Of a stretch of 64,000 bases of DNA, positions 15,735 to 29,709 are shown in pieces (position 1 is the first letter of the stretch; each line of letters begins with the position of its first letter). This stretch comes from the human T2T-CHM13v2.0 reference genome, Homo sapiens, in the NCBI RefSeq assembly GCF_009914755.1, contig NC_060929.1; one strand, 5' to 3'. Both the position numbers and the translations under genes were made by a program. A model generated the notes under the pieces. It saw nothing but the letters and a program-made list of their open reading frames with translations. It did no database searches and was not told where the DNA came from.

Positions 15735-18440
15735 GCCATCAATTATTCAAGAAGATATAGCAATCCTTTATGTGTATGTACCTAACATAGCATAAGAATA
15801 TGTGAGGCAAAAACTGAACTGCAAAGGGGAATATCCACGATTATAATTGCACTTCAACACTCTCTCTATCAGAAATGGATAGATCTAGCCAGCAGAAAAC
15901 CTGAAAGGACATAGTTGAATTCAAAAACACAAATCAACCAACTGAATATAATTAACATCTAAGACTGCTTCATCCAACAACAGCAGAATGCACATTCTTC
16001 TGAAGCTCACATGACATATTCACCAAGATAGACCACATTATGGGCCATAAAGCACACATTTACATATTCAAAAGAACAGAAATCTTACAATGTCTGGTCT
16101 CAGACCACAATAGAATTAAACTAAAATTCAATAACAGAAAGATAGCTAGAAAATCCTCAAACATTTGGAGATTAGACAACGCATTTCTACATAGCACATC
16201 AATCAAAGAAGAAATCTTAGAAATTTTAAAATATTTTGAGCTAAATAAAGATGAAACCAGAATTTATCAAAGTTTTGAGGATGCAGTGAAAGCAATGCTT
16301 AGAGGAATATTTAGACACAATGCATACATTAGAAAAGAAAGATCTAAATCAATCATCTAAGCTTCCACCTTCGTAAACTTAAAAAACAGCAAATAATAAA
16401 TTCAAAGAAAGCAGAAGAAAAAATAGAATTAGAGCAGAAATCAGTGACATTGAAAATGGGAAAATAATAGAGAAAAATTAACAAAGTCAAAACCAAGGCT
16501 AATAAAAATAAAGGACATAAAGAAAGAAATGAACATCATTACAACAGAAGACATTAGGTAGATAATAAAAAATAATATAGACAACTCTATGCTCACACAT
16601 TCGATAACCTAGATAAAATAGAATGGACAAGTTTCTTGAAGAGCACAATATGCCAAAACTCAGGTGAGAAAACTAATCTGGATACACTTAAGTCTTTTAA
16701 AGAAACTGAATCAATTATTAATAACCTTCTAAAATAGAAAGCATCAGGCACAGATGGGTTCACAAGTGAATTTTACCAAACATTTAAGGAAGAAATTATA
16801 TCAAATCTCCATAATCTCTTTCAGAGATAGAAGTAGAAGGACTACTTTCCAACTCATTCTATGAGACCATAGCTGCCCAAATACAAAAACCTCATGAAGA
16901 CATTACAAGAAAAGAAAACTACAGACCAATATCCTTAGGAACATATATATGAACATCTTCAACAAAATATGAGTAAATAGAATTCAACCACATATAAAAA
17001 TATGCTTCAAAACCAAATGGGATTTATCCCAGGTATCCAAGGCTGTTTCAACATTTGAAAACCAATTAATATAATCCATCATATCAACAAGCTCAAGAAG
17101 AAAAATCACATGATTATATCAACAGATGCAGAAACAGCCTTTGAGAAAATCAAATATCCATGCATGATAAAACTCTCAGTAAATTAGGAATAGAGGGAAG
17201 CTTCCTCAACTTTATAAAGAATATCTACCAAATAACCCCACAGCTAACATCATATTTAATAGTAAGAAACTTAGATTTTCCACTAAGATCAGGAACAAGG
17301 CAAGGATGGTCCCTCTCCCTACTGCTTTTCAATATTATATTGGAAGTCCTAGCTGCTGTGAAAGACAAGAAAAGAAAATGTATATAGATTGAGATGGAAG
17401 AAATAAAACTGTGTGCAGATGGCATAATTGTCTATTTGGAAATTGGAAAGAATCAACACAAAAATGTTGGAACTGATAAGTCATTATAGCAAGGTTGCAA
17501 GATGCAAGGCTATCATAAAAGGTTAATTGCTTCTCTTTATACCAACAATGAACAGGTGGAATTTGAGATTAAAAAGAATACAATTTCATTAGTATCTTCC
17601 AAAAATAAAATACTTAGATATAATTCTAATAAATATGTATAAGATCTATATGAGGAAAACTATAAAATTCTAATAAGAGAATCAAAGAACTAAGTAAATA
17701 GATACTCTATGTTCATGAATAATAAGACTCAATATTGTCAAAATGTCAGTTCTTGCCAACTTGATCTATAAATTTAATGCAATACTAGTCAAAATCCCCC
17801 AAAGTATCTAGTGACTATCAATGAACTGATTATAAAGGTTATAATGGAGAGGCATACATTCCAGAATAGCTAACACATTATTAAAGGAGAAGAGAAAGAT
17901 AGACAGACATTACATGATGTCAAGATTCACTATAAAGCCACTGTAATTAAGACAGTGTGGTATTGGTGAAAGAGTAGACAAATGCATCAACGTAATAGAA
18001 TAGAGAGTCCAGAAATAGACTCACATAAATATAGTCAAATGATCTTTGACAAGAAAACAAACACAACACAATGGAGAAAAGAGGAGACTTTTTAACAAAT
18101 GGTGCTGGAACAACTTGATATCAACATGCAAAAAAAATGAGACTAGACAAAGAACTCACACTCTTCACAATAATGAATCAAATGGATCAAAAACATAAAT
18201 GTAAATCAAACAACTATAAAACTCCTAGAATATAACACAGGAAAAAAAATCTAGATGAACTGAGTTTGGTGATGACTTCTTAGACCCAATACCAAAGGCA
18301 TAATCAATGAAAAAAACAACAAATTGAACATCATTAAAATTTAAAATTTCTGCTTGTAAAAATCACTGTCAAGACAATGAAAAAGCAAGGCACAGACTGG
18401 AAGAAAATATTCACAAAAGATATATTTGGTAAAGAAAAAC
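15735..18440 (+). mobile_element. Old L1M ORF2 region, degraded
   Basis: Peptide remnants SDHNRIKL (endonuclease) and PLRSGTRQG (RT), with many stops and frameshifts. Confidence 0.88.
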
Positions 18441-19427
18441 AAAAAACCTCTCAGGTATTATACTTATTAGTAAAAGTGCCACTAAGTACTGGAGTAATCA
18501 GTTCTTCAGATTTTATGAAACAGCAGGAATGCTTTGGCCATTCAGAAATATCATCAGCAAAAAAAACACCTGAACTCAACGTGGATCTAGAATGACAGTT
18601 GAACTTGTGAGCTTCCTAGTCCAGGTTGAGGATATGAGACAGCACTATAGAAATTCTCATTCACATACTAGAAGGGAAAAAGAAACGGGATTGTGGTTTT
18701 AATATATTAATAGCTACCTTAGATCTAGCATGTTGTATAATGATGTTCTTATCTGAAAAAATTGGTCAACTCTGTACCCTAACTCACAGAATCTATGCCT
18801 GTTAAATTCTGATTGAGTTGAAAAAATCCAGCATTTAAAAGCCATGCATTCTAGAATGTCAAATTCAAATGATTTCATTTTCTGTGAGTCTTAGAACCTG
18901 TGTGGCTATACATCACATGCATAATCTTTCATTCCTAGATGACAACATCGTATGTTGTAATACACACGCACCCTCATTTTAAAGCTCCTTTACATATTCA
19001 TTCAACAATACAGTTAAGTCTGGGCAAATCGGGTATATAGTTTTGCTGATCTCAGTTAAATTCAGAGAATATTTCCTGAATTTTCTGCACACATAGTAAT
19101 GAGAACAAAGGTCCAGAGATATTAATTTAAGGAAAAGAGATTCAAATAGGTCTTTCACTTCTATGTTACTCCACTTTGCAACAGTTCACTGAGTATAAGC
19201 CAAGGTGCAGCAAAAGACCACCGGGCACTTGACAAGGGAAGAGAAGAAAGGAGAAGGGAGGAGAAGTAACTAAACAAGAAAAGGAGTTAATGCATGGAGG
19301 AAAAGAAAACAGTGCAGTGTGGAGGGCAATAAGATAGATTTTTTTTTCATATGCTAAAGTTTCATTCATACTTGTATACACAAGTTTACATCTACTGGGA
19401 GTTTAGAAATGGGTTTGTTATTGGCAT

Positions 19428-20130
19428 ACATTCATTCAATAAATAACTACATTCAGTAACTACTATGTGCCAGGCAGTGTACTGGGTGCTGGAGATATAC
19501 CATGAACTAAAGAGAAAAAGATGGTGCCCTTAAGAAACTTATATCCTGGGGAGTGGGGATGGGAGATGCGATACAAAATAAATAGGGAAATCAAATAGTA
19601 GGTTATAAAAGTGCTGTGGGCAAAAAAGGTAGAGCAGGAACAGTAAGGAGGATTAGGGTGTCTAGGTGCCTACGGTTAGAGAGAGAAGCAGGTTACAGTA
19701 TAAATAGAGCAGTCAAGGCAGGATTCACTGAAATGGTAATATTTGAGCAAAGATTGTAGGAGATGAATTTAGCCAATCAGTTTTCTGGGGGAGTGATGCA
19801 GCAGAGGGAAGAGACAGAGCAAAGGCTCTGTGGGGGAGGGGTAGGAGTTTAGTTTGGACATGCTGAGTTGGCATACTATTGGACGTCCAAGTGCAGAAGG
19901 CAAGTCAGCAGTTGGATGCATGAGTCTGGAGTTTGGGAGCAAGGTCAGGACTAGAGATAAGTATTTGGGAGCATTAGCAGAGAGATGGAGGATCAAAGCT
20001 CAAGCCTGGGCGAAATCACCGAGAAGTGAGGATACCGAAAGAAGAGGACCAAGTCTGTTATGAGATGCTCAAAAATTGAAAGGTTGGGGAGAATTTGAAA
20101 AAAAAAGTGAAGGAAATTGAGGGGAGGTTT
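19428..20130 (-). mobile_element. L2 3' region
   Basis: CATTCATTCAATAAATA...CTACTATGTGCCAGGCAGTGTACTGGGTGCTGGAGATA. Confidence 0.8.
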
Positions 20131-20315
20131 ACTGAAGGATGGAAGAAGAGCACAATTACTCCCTCCATTTTCAAAACTGGTTAATGTTGGTAAGTTTCAA
20201 AGAGTGTTTGCTCTACCTAATGAAAGTCATCTCCTCCCCTGTAGGAGGCAATAGAAATTATGCAACACTGGCAAAAAAAATAATAATAACCTTGGTCTCA
20301 AAACATGTACCAAAG

Positions 20316-21988
20316 GTGGGGGGTGCCAAGATGGCTAAATAGAAGCAGCTAGTGCATGCTGCTCTCATGGAGAGAATAAGTGGAGCATAAACACTATCTC
20401 TTCAACTGGATCATCCAGGTAGACACACTGAGATTAACTGAGGAAGAAAATGACCTATGGAGAACAGAGAACAGCTAGACAGGATAGCCACCCACATGGG
20501 ATTGACACAGAGCCAGGGCAGGATCCCCACCCTGGAAAACAGTGAGTGAGTGAGAGCCCCCGTGGACTCATATTTCTGCCACAGACCTTAGCAACCCTGG
20601 GCTCAGGAGATCCCCACTGACACCCCCCAACCCAGGGCCTCCAGACTGGCAAGAGAGCTGCCTGGGGTCTGGGCAGACCCATAGCTCAGATACATGCAGA
20701 GACCCAGGGACCTTGGATCTCCGGCAACGGTGGCTGTAGCTCCAGCAATTGGGGAGGCCAGGCAACCTACAGAGTAGGAGAAAATATTTGCAAACTATAC
20801 ACCTGACAAAGGTGTAATATTCAGAACCTATAAGGAACTCAAACAGATCGACAGGCAGAAAACAAATAACACAATGAAAAATGGGCAAAGGACATAAACA
20901 GACACTTCTCAAAAGAAGACATACACACAGCAAACAAACATGAAAAAATGCTCAATATCACTAATCATTAGGGAAATGCAAATCAAAATGATAAGATACC
21001 AGTCAGAATGACTATTATTAAAAAGTCAAAACATAATAGATGCTGGAGAGGTTGCAGAGAAAAGAGAATGCTTATACACTGCTGGTGGGAATGTAAATTA
21101 ATTCAGCCAGTGTAGAGAACAGTTTAGGGATTTCTCAAAGAATGTAAAATAGAACTACCATTTGACCCAGCAATTCTATGATTGGTTACATACCAAAATG
21201 GATATAAATTTTTCTACCTTAAGACACATGCATGTGTATGTTCATTGCAGCACTATCCACAATAGCAAAGACATGGAATCCACCTAGATATTCATCAATA
21301 GTGGACTGGAGAAAGAAAATGTGGTGACCAAGCATGGTGGCTCATGGCTGTAATCCCAACATCTTGGGAGGCCAAGGCAGGCCTATTGCTTAAACCCAGG
21401 AGTTTGAGATCAGCCTGGGCAACATGATGAAACCCTGTCTCGAGAAAAAAAAAATTAGCCAGGCAAGATGGTGTGTACCTGTAGACGCTGAGGCAGGAGA
21501 GTGGCTTGAGCCCAAGAGGTTAAGGCTGACATGAGGTGTGATTGTACCTCTGTACTCCAGCCTGTGTGCCAGAGTAAGACCCTGTCTCAAGAAAAAAATA
21601 GAGAGAGAAATGTGATACATACACACCTTAGAATACTATGCAGCTATTAAAAAATGACATCATGGCCTTTGCAGCAATATGGATAGAACTGGAGGTCATA
21701 ATCCCAAGCAAATTAATGCAGGAACAGAAAACCAAATATCACATGTTCTCATTTATAAGTGAGAGCTAATCATTGAGTATGTATGGACACAAAAAGGGAA
21801 CAATAGACACAGGGGCCTGGTTGAGGGTGGAGGGTTGGAGGAGGATTAACAACCTTCCTATTGAGTATTATTCTGATTACTTGGGTGACAAAATTATCTG
21901 TACACCAAACTCCCATGACACACAACTTACCCAATTAACAAGCCTGCATATGTACCCCTTGATCCTAAAAGAAAAGTTGGAAAGTGGA
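20316..21988 (+). mobile_element. L1PA16-like element with both termini but a very large internal deletion; contains an Alu
   Basis: Starts GGGGGGTGCCAAGATGGC. 5' UTR runs to ~20760, then the ORF2 3' end and 3' UTR. AAAA(C/A)ATGTACCAAAG is duplicated at 20300-20315 and 21989-22004. Confidence 0.85.
21326..21600 (+). mobile_element. AluJ inserted in L1
   Basis: Dimeric Alu with AluJ-like CCCAGGAGTTTGAG and an A-rich tail; degenerate GAAAATGTG flanking repeat. Confidence 0.9.
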
Positions 21989-22159
21989 AAAAAATGTACC
22001 AAAGAGAAGACATGTTTTAAGCATATGTAGAAATTAAAGAAAAAAAATCTTTTAGTTTAATGCTAGGAAAACTATAATGAGAGCTTTTTACCTGAAAAGC
22101 CCATTAAAAATTTTCACTAGGCAGTAATCCAATTCCTAACACTTTTAGTAACAGCAGTA

Positions 22160-22647
22160 CTCTGGAAGCAGATCTTCCCCACCTCCTCAACTCAAATTTA
22201 CACACTAATCTCCTCTAGAAACACCCTGACAGATACACCCAAAATAATGCTGTACCAGCTTTTTAGGTATTCCTTAATCAGTCCACAAGTCCAATCCTTC
22301 TCAACTTGGCACTCATATGTACCTCCTCAAATCATACTTAATTTCCAAATAAAGATAACAGCAAGGAAATATTCCCACCTAACATGATGCAACTAATATG
22401 AACCATCCTGCCTATAACCGAAAACACGTTAATCCATTACCCAGAATCTGGTTTTCAGGATTTCAATATTTGGGACTTTAATCTTTTGGAATTTCAATTT
22501 TTGGAATTTTAGACTTTAGAAATTTTAGATTTTAGTCATTTTAGACTTTAGGGATTTTGATCTTTAGAGATGTTTATCTTTCTGTATTTCAACATTCAGG
22601 ATTGTGGCATTCAAGACTGTGTCTTTTGGAATTATGATCAGCACCAG
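22160..22647. mobile_element. Ricksha (MuDR-like DNA transposon) terminal fragment with captured MLT2-type LTR sequence
   Basis: MLT2-like TAATCTCCTCTAGAAACACCCTGACAGATACACCC, followed by degenerate GGATTTT/TTTTAGACTTTAG subterminal repeats ending ATTATGATCAGCACC. Confidence 0.7.
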
Positions 22648-25627
22648 ACTCTGGCACCTAATTTTTCTTGAATTCTCTGACTCTGGGATGATAAAAGGCA
22701 TCTGTCATCAAAAGACTGCGTTAGATTAACTAGAAATGAAGGTTAACAACTTTTCTTATGCCTGATAGAAATGTGCACATAAAATTAGTAGTAACTTGAT
22801 TTCATCTAATGGTAAAAAGTGGCTAATAATTCATAAATACATGTACTTTAAATTAAAAAGACTGAGATGTGCATAAATGCAAATCCAGTTATTTTATTAC
22901 TCTAAGTATAAAAAACTTAGATTAAAGATATAACTAGAATAAACTAGAAAATGAAAATTACCTAGATTTACCATTATCCAAAAAAAGTATCTCCGTTTTT
23001 CTTGATTTATTCCCAAACTTTAAGAAGTCCACAGATTTATTCGATAAACAGCTTTTTATGATTATAAAACTAAAGGAGGTGGGAGCAATTCCTGTACATA
23101 GTTTTAGAAATTTATAGCAAATATATCAACATACTGAAGGCCTGTCCTTTGATCCCAGTCAAAATAAGCAAATTTACTCTTTGCTGTGAAGAATTCGTGA
23201 CCTAATGTTCCTAGCTGGTTGAGTGTAATTTGGAAGAAGGCTTAACATAGATCATGAAAGCTGACCTCATAAAACACAGTAATGTCTTGTGGAATTTAAC
23301 TTAGGTTTAACAGTTACTCTATGTATAAATGTTATAGGAACTCATAGAACTTTTCAATAAGCAATTTCTCGAGGAAAATGTAAAATAAATTATAAAAAGA
23401 TGTTCTTCACTTTATATTACTACTAAAAAAATATTCGACCTGTCAGTCAATACAGTCAAACAGTCATGAATGACCAACACTTTCCGAGAGGTTCCCAGTG
23501 ACTGTCAGTGAATGATATCCTTGGTTGATTTGAATAGTTCTTCATGTTTATGAACATTGAGAAGCTAATATTCATAGCCAAAAGCACTGGGAATGTTTTT
23601 TCAAAGTGTTTTCTGGCTTGCACTGTAGACGGCTTTGCCTAGGATGATATTTCCCTTGTTATTTGTCAAAATGCAAAGATAACTCTTTCATAGATAATTG
23701 CCCTATGTTTATTTATGTTGTATGTTTCCATGTTTGATCACTATTGATGAGTTTGCTGGCTCTGAGTTGATTTTCATTCAGATTTTTAATGCTAAATAAA
23801 ATACCAAAAATAAAATAAGTAAAATAAGGGATGGTTTAAATTTTGGACCTTAAATAAACCAATTTAAGAACAAAAAGTTTTGCTCTGTTTTTATCTGTAC
23901 ATATGAACAAGACCAGGACAAAGGCAAGGTGAGTAAGACACTTGCTCAGGTGCAAATTCAAGGTGGCCTGGACCAGGTAATGAAGGATCTTCTGTGCAGT
24001 TTGAATACTATTCTCTAGATAAGGAATTAGCTGGGCTATCTGAAGCAAAGGAGTGATGTGATTAAGTCTTTCTTTCAGAACTGTTCTTTTCCCCAATCCT
24101 GATTGAAATCATAAGTGAATAGTAGGGAGTGGTAGCAGTGGCATACTATGAATACAACATCAATGGATTTCTAGTAGATATAGCACAGAGGGTACCAGAT
24201 AAATGCAGTCATCAAAGATTCCATTATCTTCTAAGAAGGTAATGAAGTGTTGCAGACTCTGTAGGAAACAAAGTAGTCCTGGCCTTTAGTACCTTCTAAT
24301 TTGGAGGAGTTTGAGTTAGTAGTGAAGATGAGTATGGCAAGATAAGAACCATTTTTCTTGGAGTCCCTAACAATAAGCATTACTTGAAGGCATAGTCAGT
24401 TATATGAAAGTTACCTCAGAATAAAAACTCATAATCTATGCCATGATAGGAAAGCACTGATGTTGAGCACTGAAATCATTCAAAGAAAGTATGAACAACT
24501 ATTGTGTGTTTAAAAAAACACAATTTTTGAAAGTGATAATATACTTAAAATGATCTCAGATTATAATTGAAACGTAATTAAACATAACAGATCATAATTA
24601 AAACACAAAACAACATCAAAAAAAGGTTATGGGTGTTGAGGAAGGCACAGATATACTAATTATCTCAGCACTGAAAAAGCAAACACTTGCTGTTTCGTTC
24701 TTGACATTGATAATTAGAGGCTAATGGCTTGATTTTAAGACTTACAAGTAAAACAGCACACGTACCTTCCAAACTTCTAGAGGTAAAAGATATCAATGAA
24801 TATATGCACCATATAGCAGAAGACTAAAAACAAAAGAAACAGCAAGGAGGCAAAGCATAAAATGATATCTCTTATGATATTACACGTAAGTGGGCCCCAT
24901 CAATGCGGTAGGATGGGAAAGATGCAGTGATCAGCGAATTCTGCTTCAGGCTTGCCCCAGATCTCAGGTACCATGCTCGGTGAAATGTCACAACTTCCTT
25001 TAGTTTCTCTGTGGCTGCTTACCCGTTTATGCAGGTAATGTGAAGGATGCTCTGAAAAATACTTTTCTTCTCATCATTTGGTTTCTAAAGCCCCAAATCC
25101 CACCAATAGAATACACTCCCTTTTTCTTCTAGGTGAAAAATTCTAGCGTCCCTAGACATTTTCCAGTTTTATCTTGAATCAATCACACAACTTCTTCTTT
25201 AGCATTCAAATATATTTTAATGCTTTTATTCAGTTATTAGCTACTGATGTCTTAGCAGAGGCAGATTTTCAGATCGTTTCTCAAGGATAAGTGAGAATAA
25301 GTTAGCATTGTGGTGTGGCCCAGATAAGGGTTGACAGCCAATGTATCTGGAGCAGTGATTTCCTTGCTGAAATATTTACTAGCATGAAAGAAAATACGAA
25401 AAATACATTGAATTTCTGGAACAGCTAAATATATGCATTTGCTTCTGATATAATAGATTCTTGATGGTTTTTAGTATTAAAGATTTCTTTGATTTAGAAA
25501 ATCAGTCATTATTAGTTAGCAATTTTTAAAATGCTCATACTTGGCAAAATAGGTTATGATTAATCCTGTGCTTGTTTGCGTCTTTTTTTCCCTGTAATAT
25601 ATGACTGTTAATTGAGGTCAGAAAGAC

Positions 25628-25990
25628 TCTCATTCATTCATTACTTATGTATCAAATATCTATTGAGATCCTATTCTTTGCACTGGTTTGGATCTTGGGG
25701 ATACAATAGGAAACAACAAAATATTTGCTCTCATGGATCTTAAATGCTGGTGAGAGTAGAGTCAAGCTATAAGGAAATAAATATACATCAGGTGAACACA
25801 ATGCGAACAAGGCACAGTAAAAAAGACAGTGAACAGTGTGTTGCTATATTTGATTAGGTGATAACTGAGTAGAAGTCTTTATGAAATGAGGGATTATTTC
25901 CTGATAGGGTAGAAGGTGCCTGCTTGGTAAGGAACAGTGAAGAGACCTATCACACTACAACAGAGTGAGCTAGGAGAAGGTCAATCAATT
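25628..25990 (-). mobile_element. L2 3' end
   Basis: TCATTCATTCATT...AAATATCTATTGAGATCCTA. Confidence 0.7.
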
Positions 25991-26029
25991 GAGAGACAAG
26001 GAATAGCTTAGCACAATGTCTTGCCAATA

Positions 26030-27382
26030 ATATTGTCTCAAATTTTTGTTTTTCTCCCATACTCCATAGCTATATTTGTTCACCAAAGAGGATACAGGTT
26101 GACAGAAAATCCAAAGTATAGAAATTTTTAGCAGTCAAAGAAGGAAGCAGTATGGTGACTGCTAATTAGGCTACATGACAGACATTTTCCATAATTTGAA
26201 AGAGTTAAATCTATAGTGCCATGTTTTTGCAAAAATATATTTAAAACACATGATAAAATAAAAATGTATGATCAAAAATTATATCGGCTAAAGTGTATTG
26301 AAATTAGCATTTAAAATTTTTTTTCCAACTCTTTTTGAGTGTGTCAATTCAAATAATTTGCTTCTACGTAAAAAAGTAAAAGTACAATTAAGAGTCATTT
26401 TATAGTCTTGATAAGTCCATCTGAGCATACTTTACAGAATTGGAAAATGTATATTGCTGTCATGGTGTGTAACTATTTCATTTGCAACTCAAGTGGCTTC
26501 TAATTCTTCTTTTTTAATGATACTGTTAAAAATAATTTTTGTTGATAGATCAGTGTGATAGTTAACTAATACAATTAGTATGTGACTTTTACCATGTAAC
26601 TTGAAAGCAGTTCAAATAATTGAGTGACATTGGTACACAAAATTCCTTTCATTTCCATCTATATAATTTCTCAGCACTTATGTCTATAAAAATGAATAAT
26701 AGAAATGAAATGTCTGTTCAACTCTAGCTCATTCTAGAAATGGCTAATATTTAACTATAATGAACCAATTGTAAAAAACAGCCACATCCACAGACTTACG
26801 TTTTTTAAATAAAATTTTACTTTTCTATGTTTAAAATTATCAGTATTTATAATTTTGTTATATAACTAATTTTTTACTAATAATTAAACTGGTAATTGAA
26901 TCTAGAGGAAATATTTTAACACAGCCTTATAGTCTAAAATTAAAAAAAATATTTTGATATATATAATATGTGTGTGTGTGTGTATGTCTGTGTGTAGATT
27001 TTTGTGCCAAAGAAGATAGATTAACAAAAGAATTTCAAATATGAAAGTAGATTTGATTTGGGTAAAATTCTACAGGCAAAGTTAATAGAAATACAAGGTA
27101 CAAGCAGAAAAGGGAGCATTGTAAAATTTTTGACTCTTATAAAAGAGCTAATTCAAATATTAAAACTGACAATGATATTTATATCTTTTTTGGATATATT
27201 TAAAAGAAAGATTTAACAGTTTTATTTACATGTCAATATTTGAACATACCAGAAATTATACTGTTTGCAATTATTTAAGCTTATGATAAAACATCTTAGT
27301 TGGTAAGTTAAAAATGTGCAGAGGTACAGTTTGCCAAAATTCTTTGTGCTAGTATAGGAGTAAGAAAAATACTGGAGACCAT
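26030..27382. mobile_element. hAT-Charlie fossil (Charlie2-like)
   Basis: Degenerate transposase-like sequence (GGCTACATGACAGACATTTTCC) and terminal AAAATTCTTT...GGAGACCATT. Confidence 0.5.
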
Positions 27383-28724
27383 TCTCCTGTGATATTTCTT
27401 AGTATAGCCTTTATATGTAAATAAATGCTAAACTCCCTTAACTTCACTGCAGTAAGAAAACTGAAATAAAATAAAATCTTAAGAAAACCTCACTGGTTAC
27501 AGTAAACCTGAAAAGGATTTCCATTTCTTATCATTGACCACGAAACCAAGCAAGAGCAGTCTGGTATTCTGTAATTTGAAACAAAATGTTCTGAGGCTAA
27601 AATTGAATGATACGAATTTTCTCATTGTTTCATAAATAATATAATAACAGAGTTAAAACTTAAAAGTAGCAAATGAGTAAATACAGAAAAACTTGAAAAT
27701 GATTCAACATATTAATTTGATAATTCATTTTTCTTTTCAAAGGGTGTGTGTACTAATGATTATGACTATCTATTACATATATAATATAATTTTAGTGTTT
27801 GTTTTTGTTTCTTTTGCTAAGAAAGTAGTTCCTGGTTTGTGTTAAGGAATTAAATATAAAAATTTCAAAGTGCTGTACAAAGATTATAATATTTTGAAGA
27901 GTCTCATGATGTCACTGCCATTTGAACACATTTGAGAACCATTAAGATGGATCATTGTTTGTAAACTACTAAATAATCTGAAGAAACCAGCTAGTTTTAT
28001 TTGGCACATAAAAATGACTGGGCTATTTTTTATATGCGCAATACATTTAATTTCTAAAGTAACGCACATTTCTTTATTAAAATTATTATATAATATATGC
28101 TACTTCTTCTCCAGAAGGACTTAATCTCCAAATATGGTTCTTATTTTCTTAAGTAATTACAAAGACCACGCAGGATGAAAGGTTGGATTTTCAAGGACCT
28201 CAATAAACAGTGGTATATGGAATAAAGATTTCATAATAAGGAAGAATTATTAAGAATATTTCCCACTTATTAATAAAATAACAGAACTTTATGTCCCCTT
28301 AATATGTGCATTTTAGTCCTGCATATGAATCAATAATTTTGTTTAAAACTTTATGTCTATTGACAAGGGTTCCTGACAAGCTGGCTTTTTCTATTAGCCT
28401 ATTCCAGGAAGCATCTCTTTTCAACTACATTAGAGTGTCTTTAAAGTTGATTAAATGTATTGGCTGGATATAGCTTTCTATTGAAGATGAGAGTGATTTG
28501 AAATCACTTAAGAAAAAGATTGCTTATAGAATTTATGGAAACATCCCAAGTACACCAATTTTTACTTTCTTATATTAATTCTTGTTGAAGAGTTTTCTTC
28601 TTTGAGCTACCAATTCAGTGTTTTTTTTTTTCCTTAACAATATGTTAGACAAGAGATGGATTCACATGGATCTCTTATTTCTTCTCAGTCCAAGTTCTAC
28701 ACATGAGAAAATTTTGAAACCCCC

Positions 28725-28944
<220 letters not shown>

Positions 28945-29237
28945 TAAGATCAAGAGACAGGACTTTCTTAGCTCCTCACGAGGTGTTCTTCCCAGTCAGC
29001 CCTGCGCCCGAGCTGCCCACCTCTCTGTGTTCTATGACCATCCATGAGGTTTACATCTTGCTGAACTTCATAAATGTTATCATGCAGAATGTCATCCTTG
29101 TGTCTGTCTTCTTTCACTTTACATATTGGCTGTATGCAGAGGCTATTTCATCTATTTAAGGCAAATACAGGCTATTTAACACGAGAAATTAAAAAGAAGG
29201 TTTTTGTTTTTTTATTTCGTCTCTGATAAAAAAAAAG

Positions 29238-29700
29238 ATCTCCTATTTCTCACCCCCCTTGCCTCTAGCAACAACCATTCTACTCCCTGCTTCTATGAGT
29301 TTGACTATTTTAGATACTTAATATAAGAGGAATCATGCAGTATTTGTCTCTATGACTGGCTTACTTTACACAGCGTAATGTCCTCAAAGTTCATTCATGC
29401 TGCTGTGTATTATAGAATTTCCTTGTTTTTAAAGGCTGAAGATTATTTCACTGCGTTTATATACCACATTTTCTTTATTCATTCATCTGTTGATGGACAT
29501 GTAGGTTGTTTTCACATCTTGATTATTGCGAATAATGGTGCTGCAATGAACAAAGGACAGGCATAAAATTTTAGTTATGCAAGATGAATAAGCTCAAGAC
29601 GTTTACTGTGAAACATTGTACCTACAGTCAACAATAATGTACACTTAAATATTTGCTAAGAGAGTATATCTCATGTTAAGTGTTCTTACTAAGAAATTAA
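29238..29700. mobile_element. L1MA9/10-like 3' end with an inverted 5' segment
   Basis: Antisense L1 at 29238-29555, then sense 3' UTR (TTAGTTATGCAAGATGAATAAG...TGTTAAGTGTTCTTAC). Confidence 0.65.
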
Positions 29701-29709
29701 TCAATGTGA

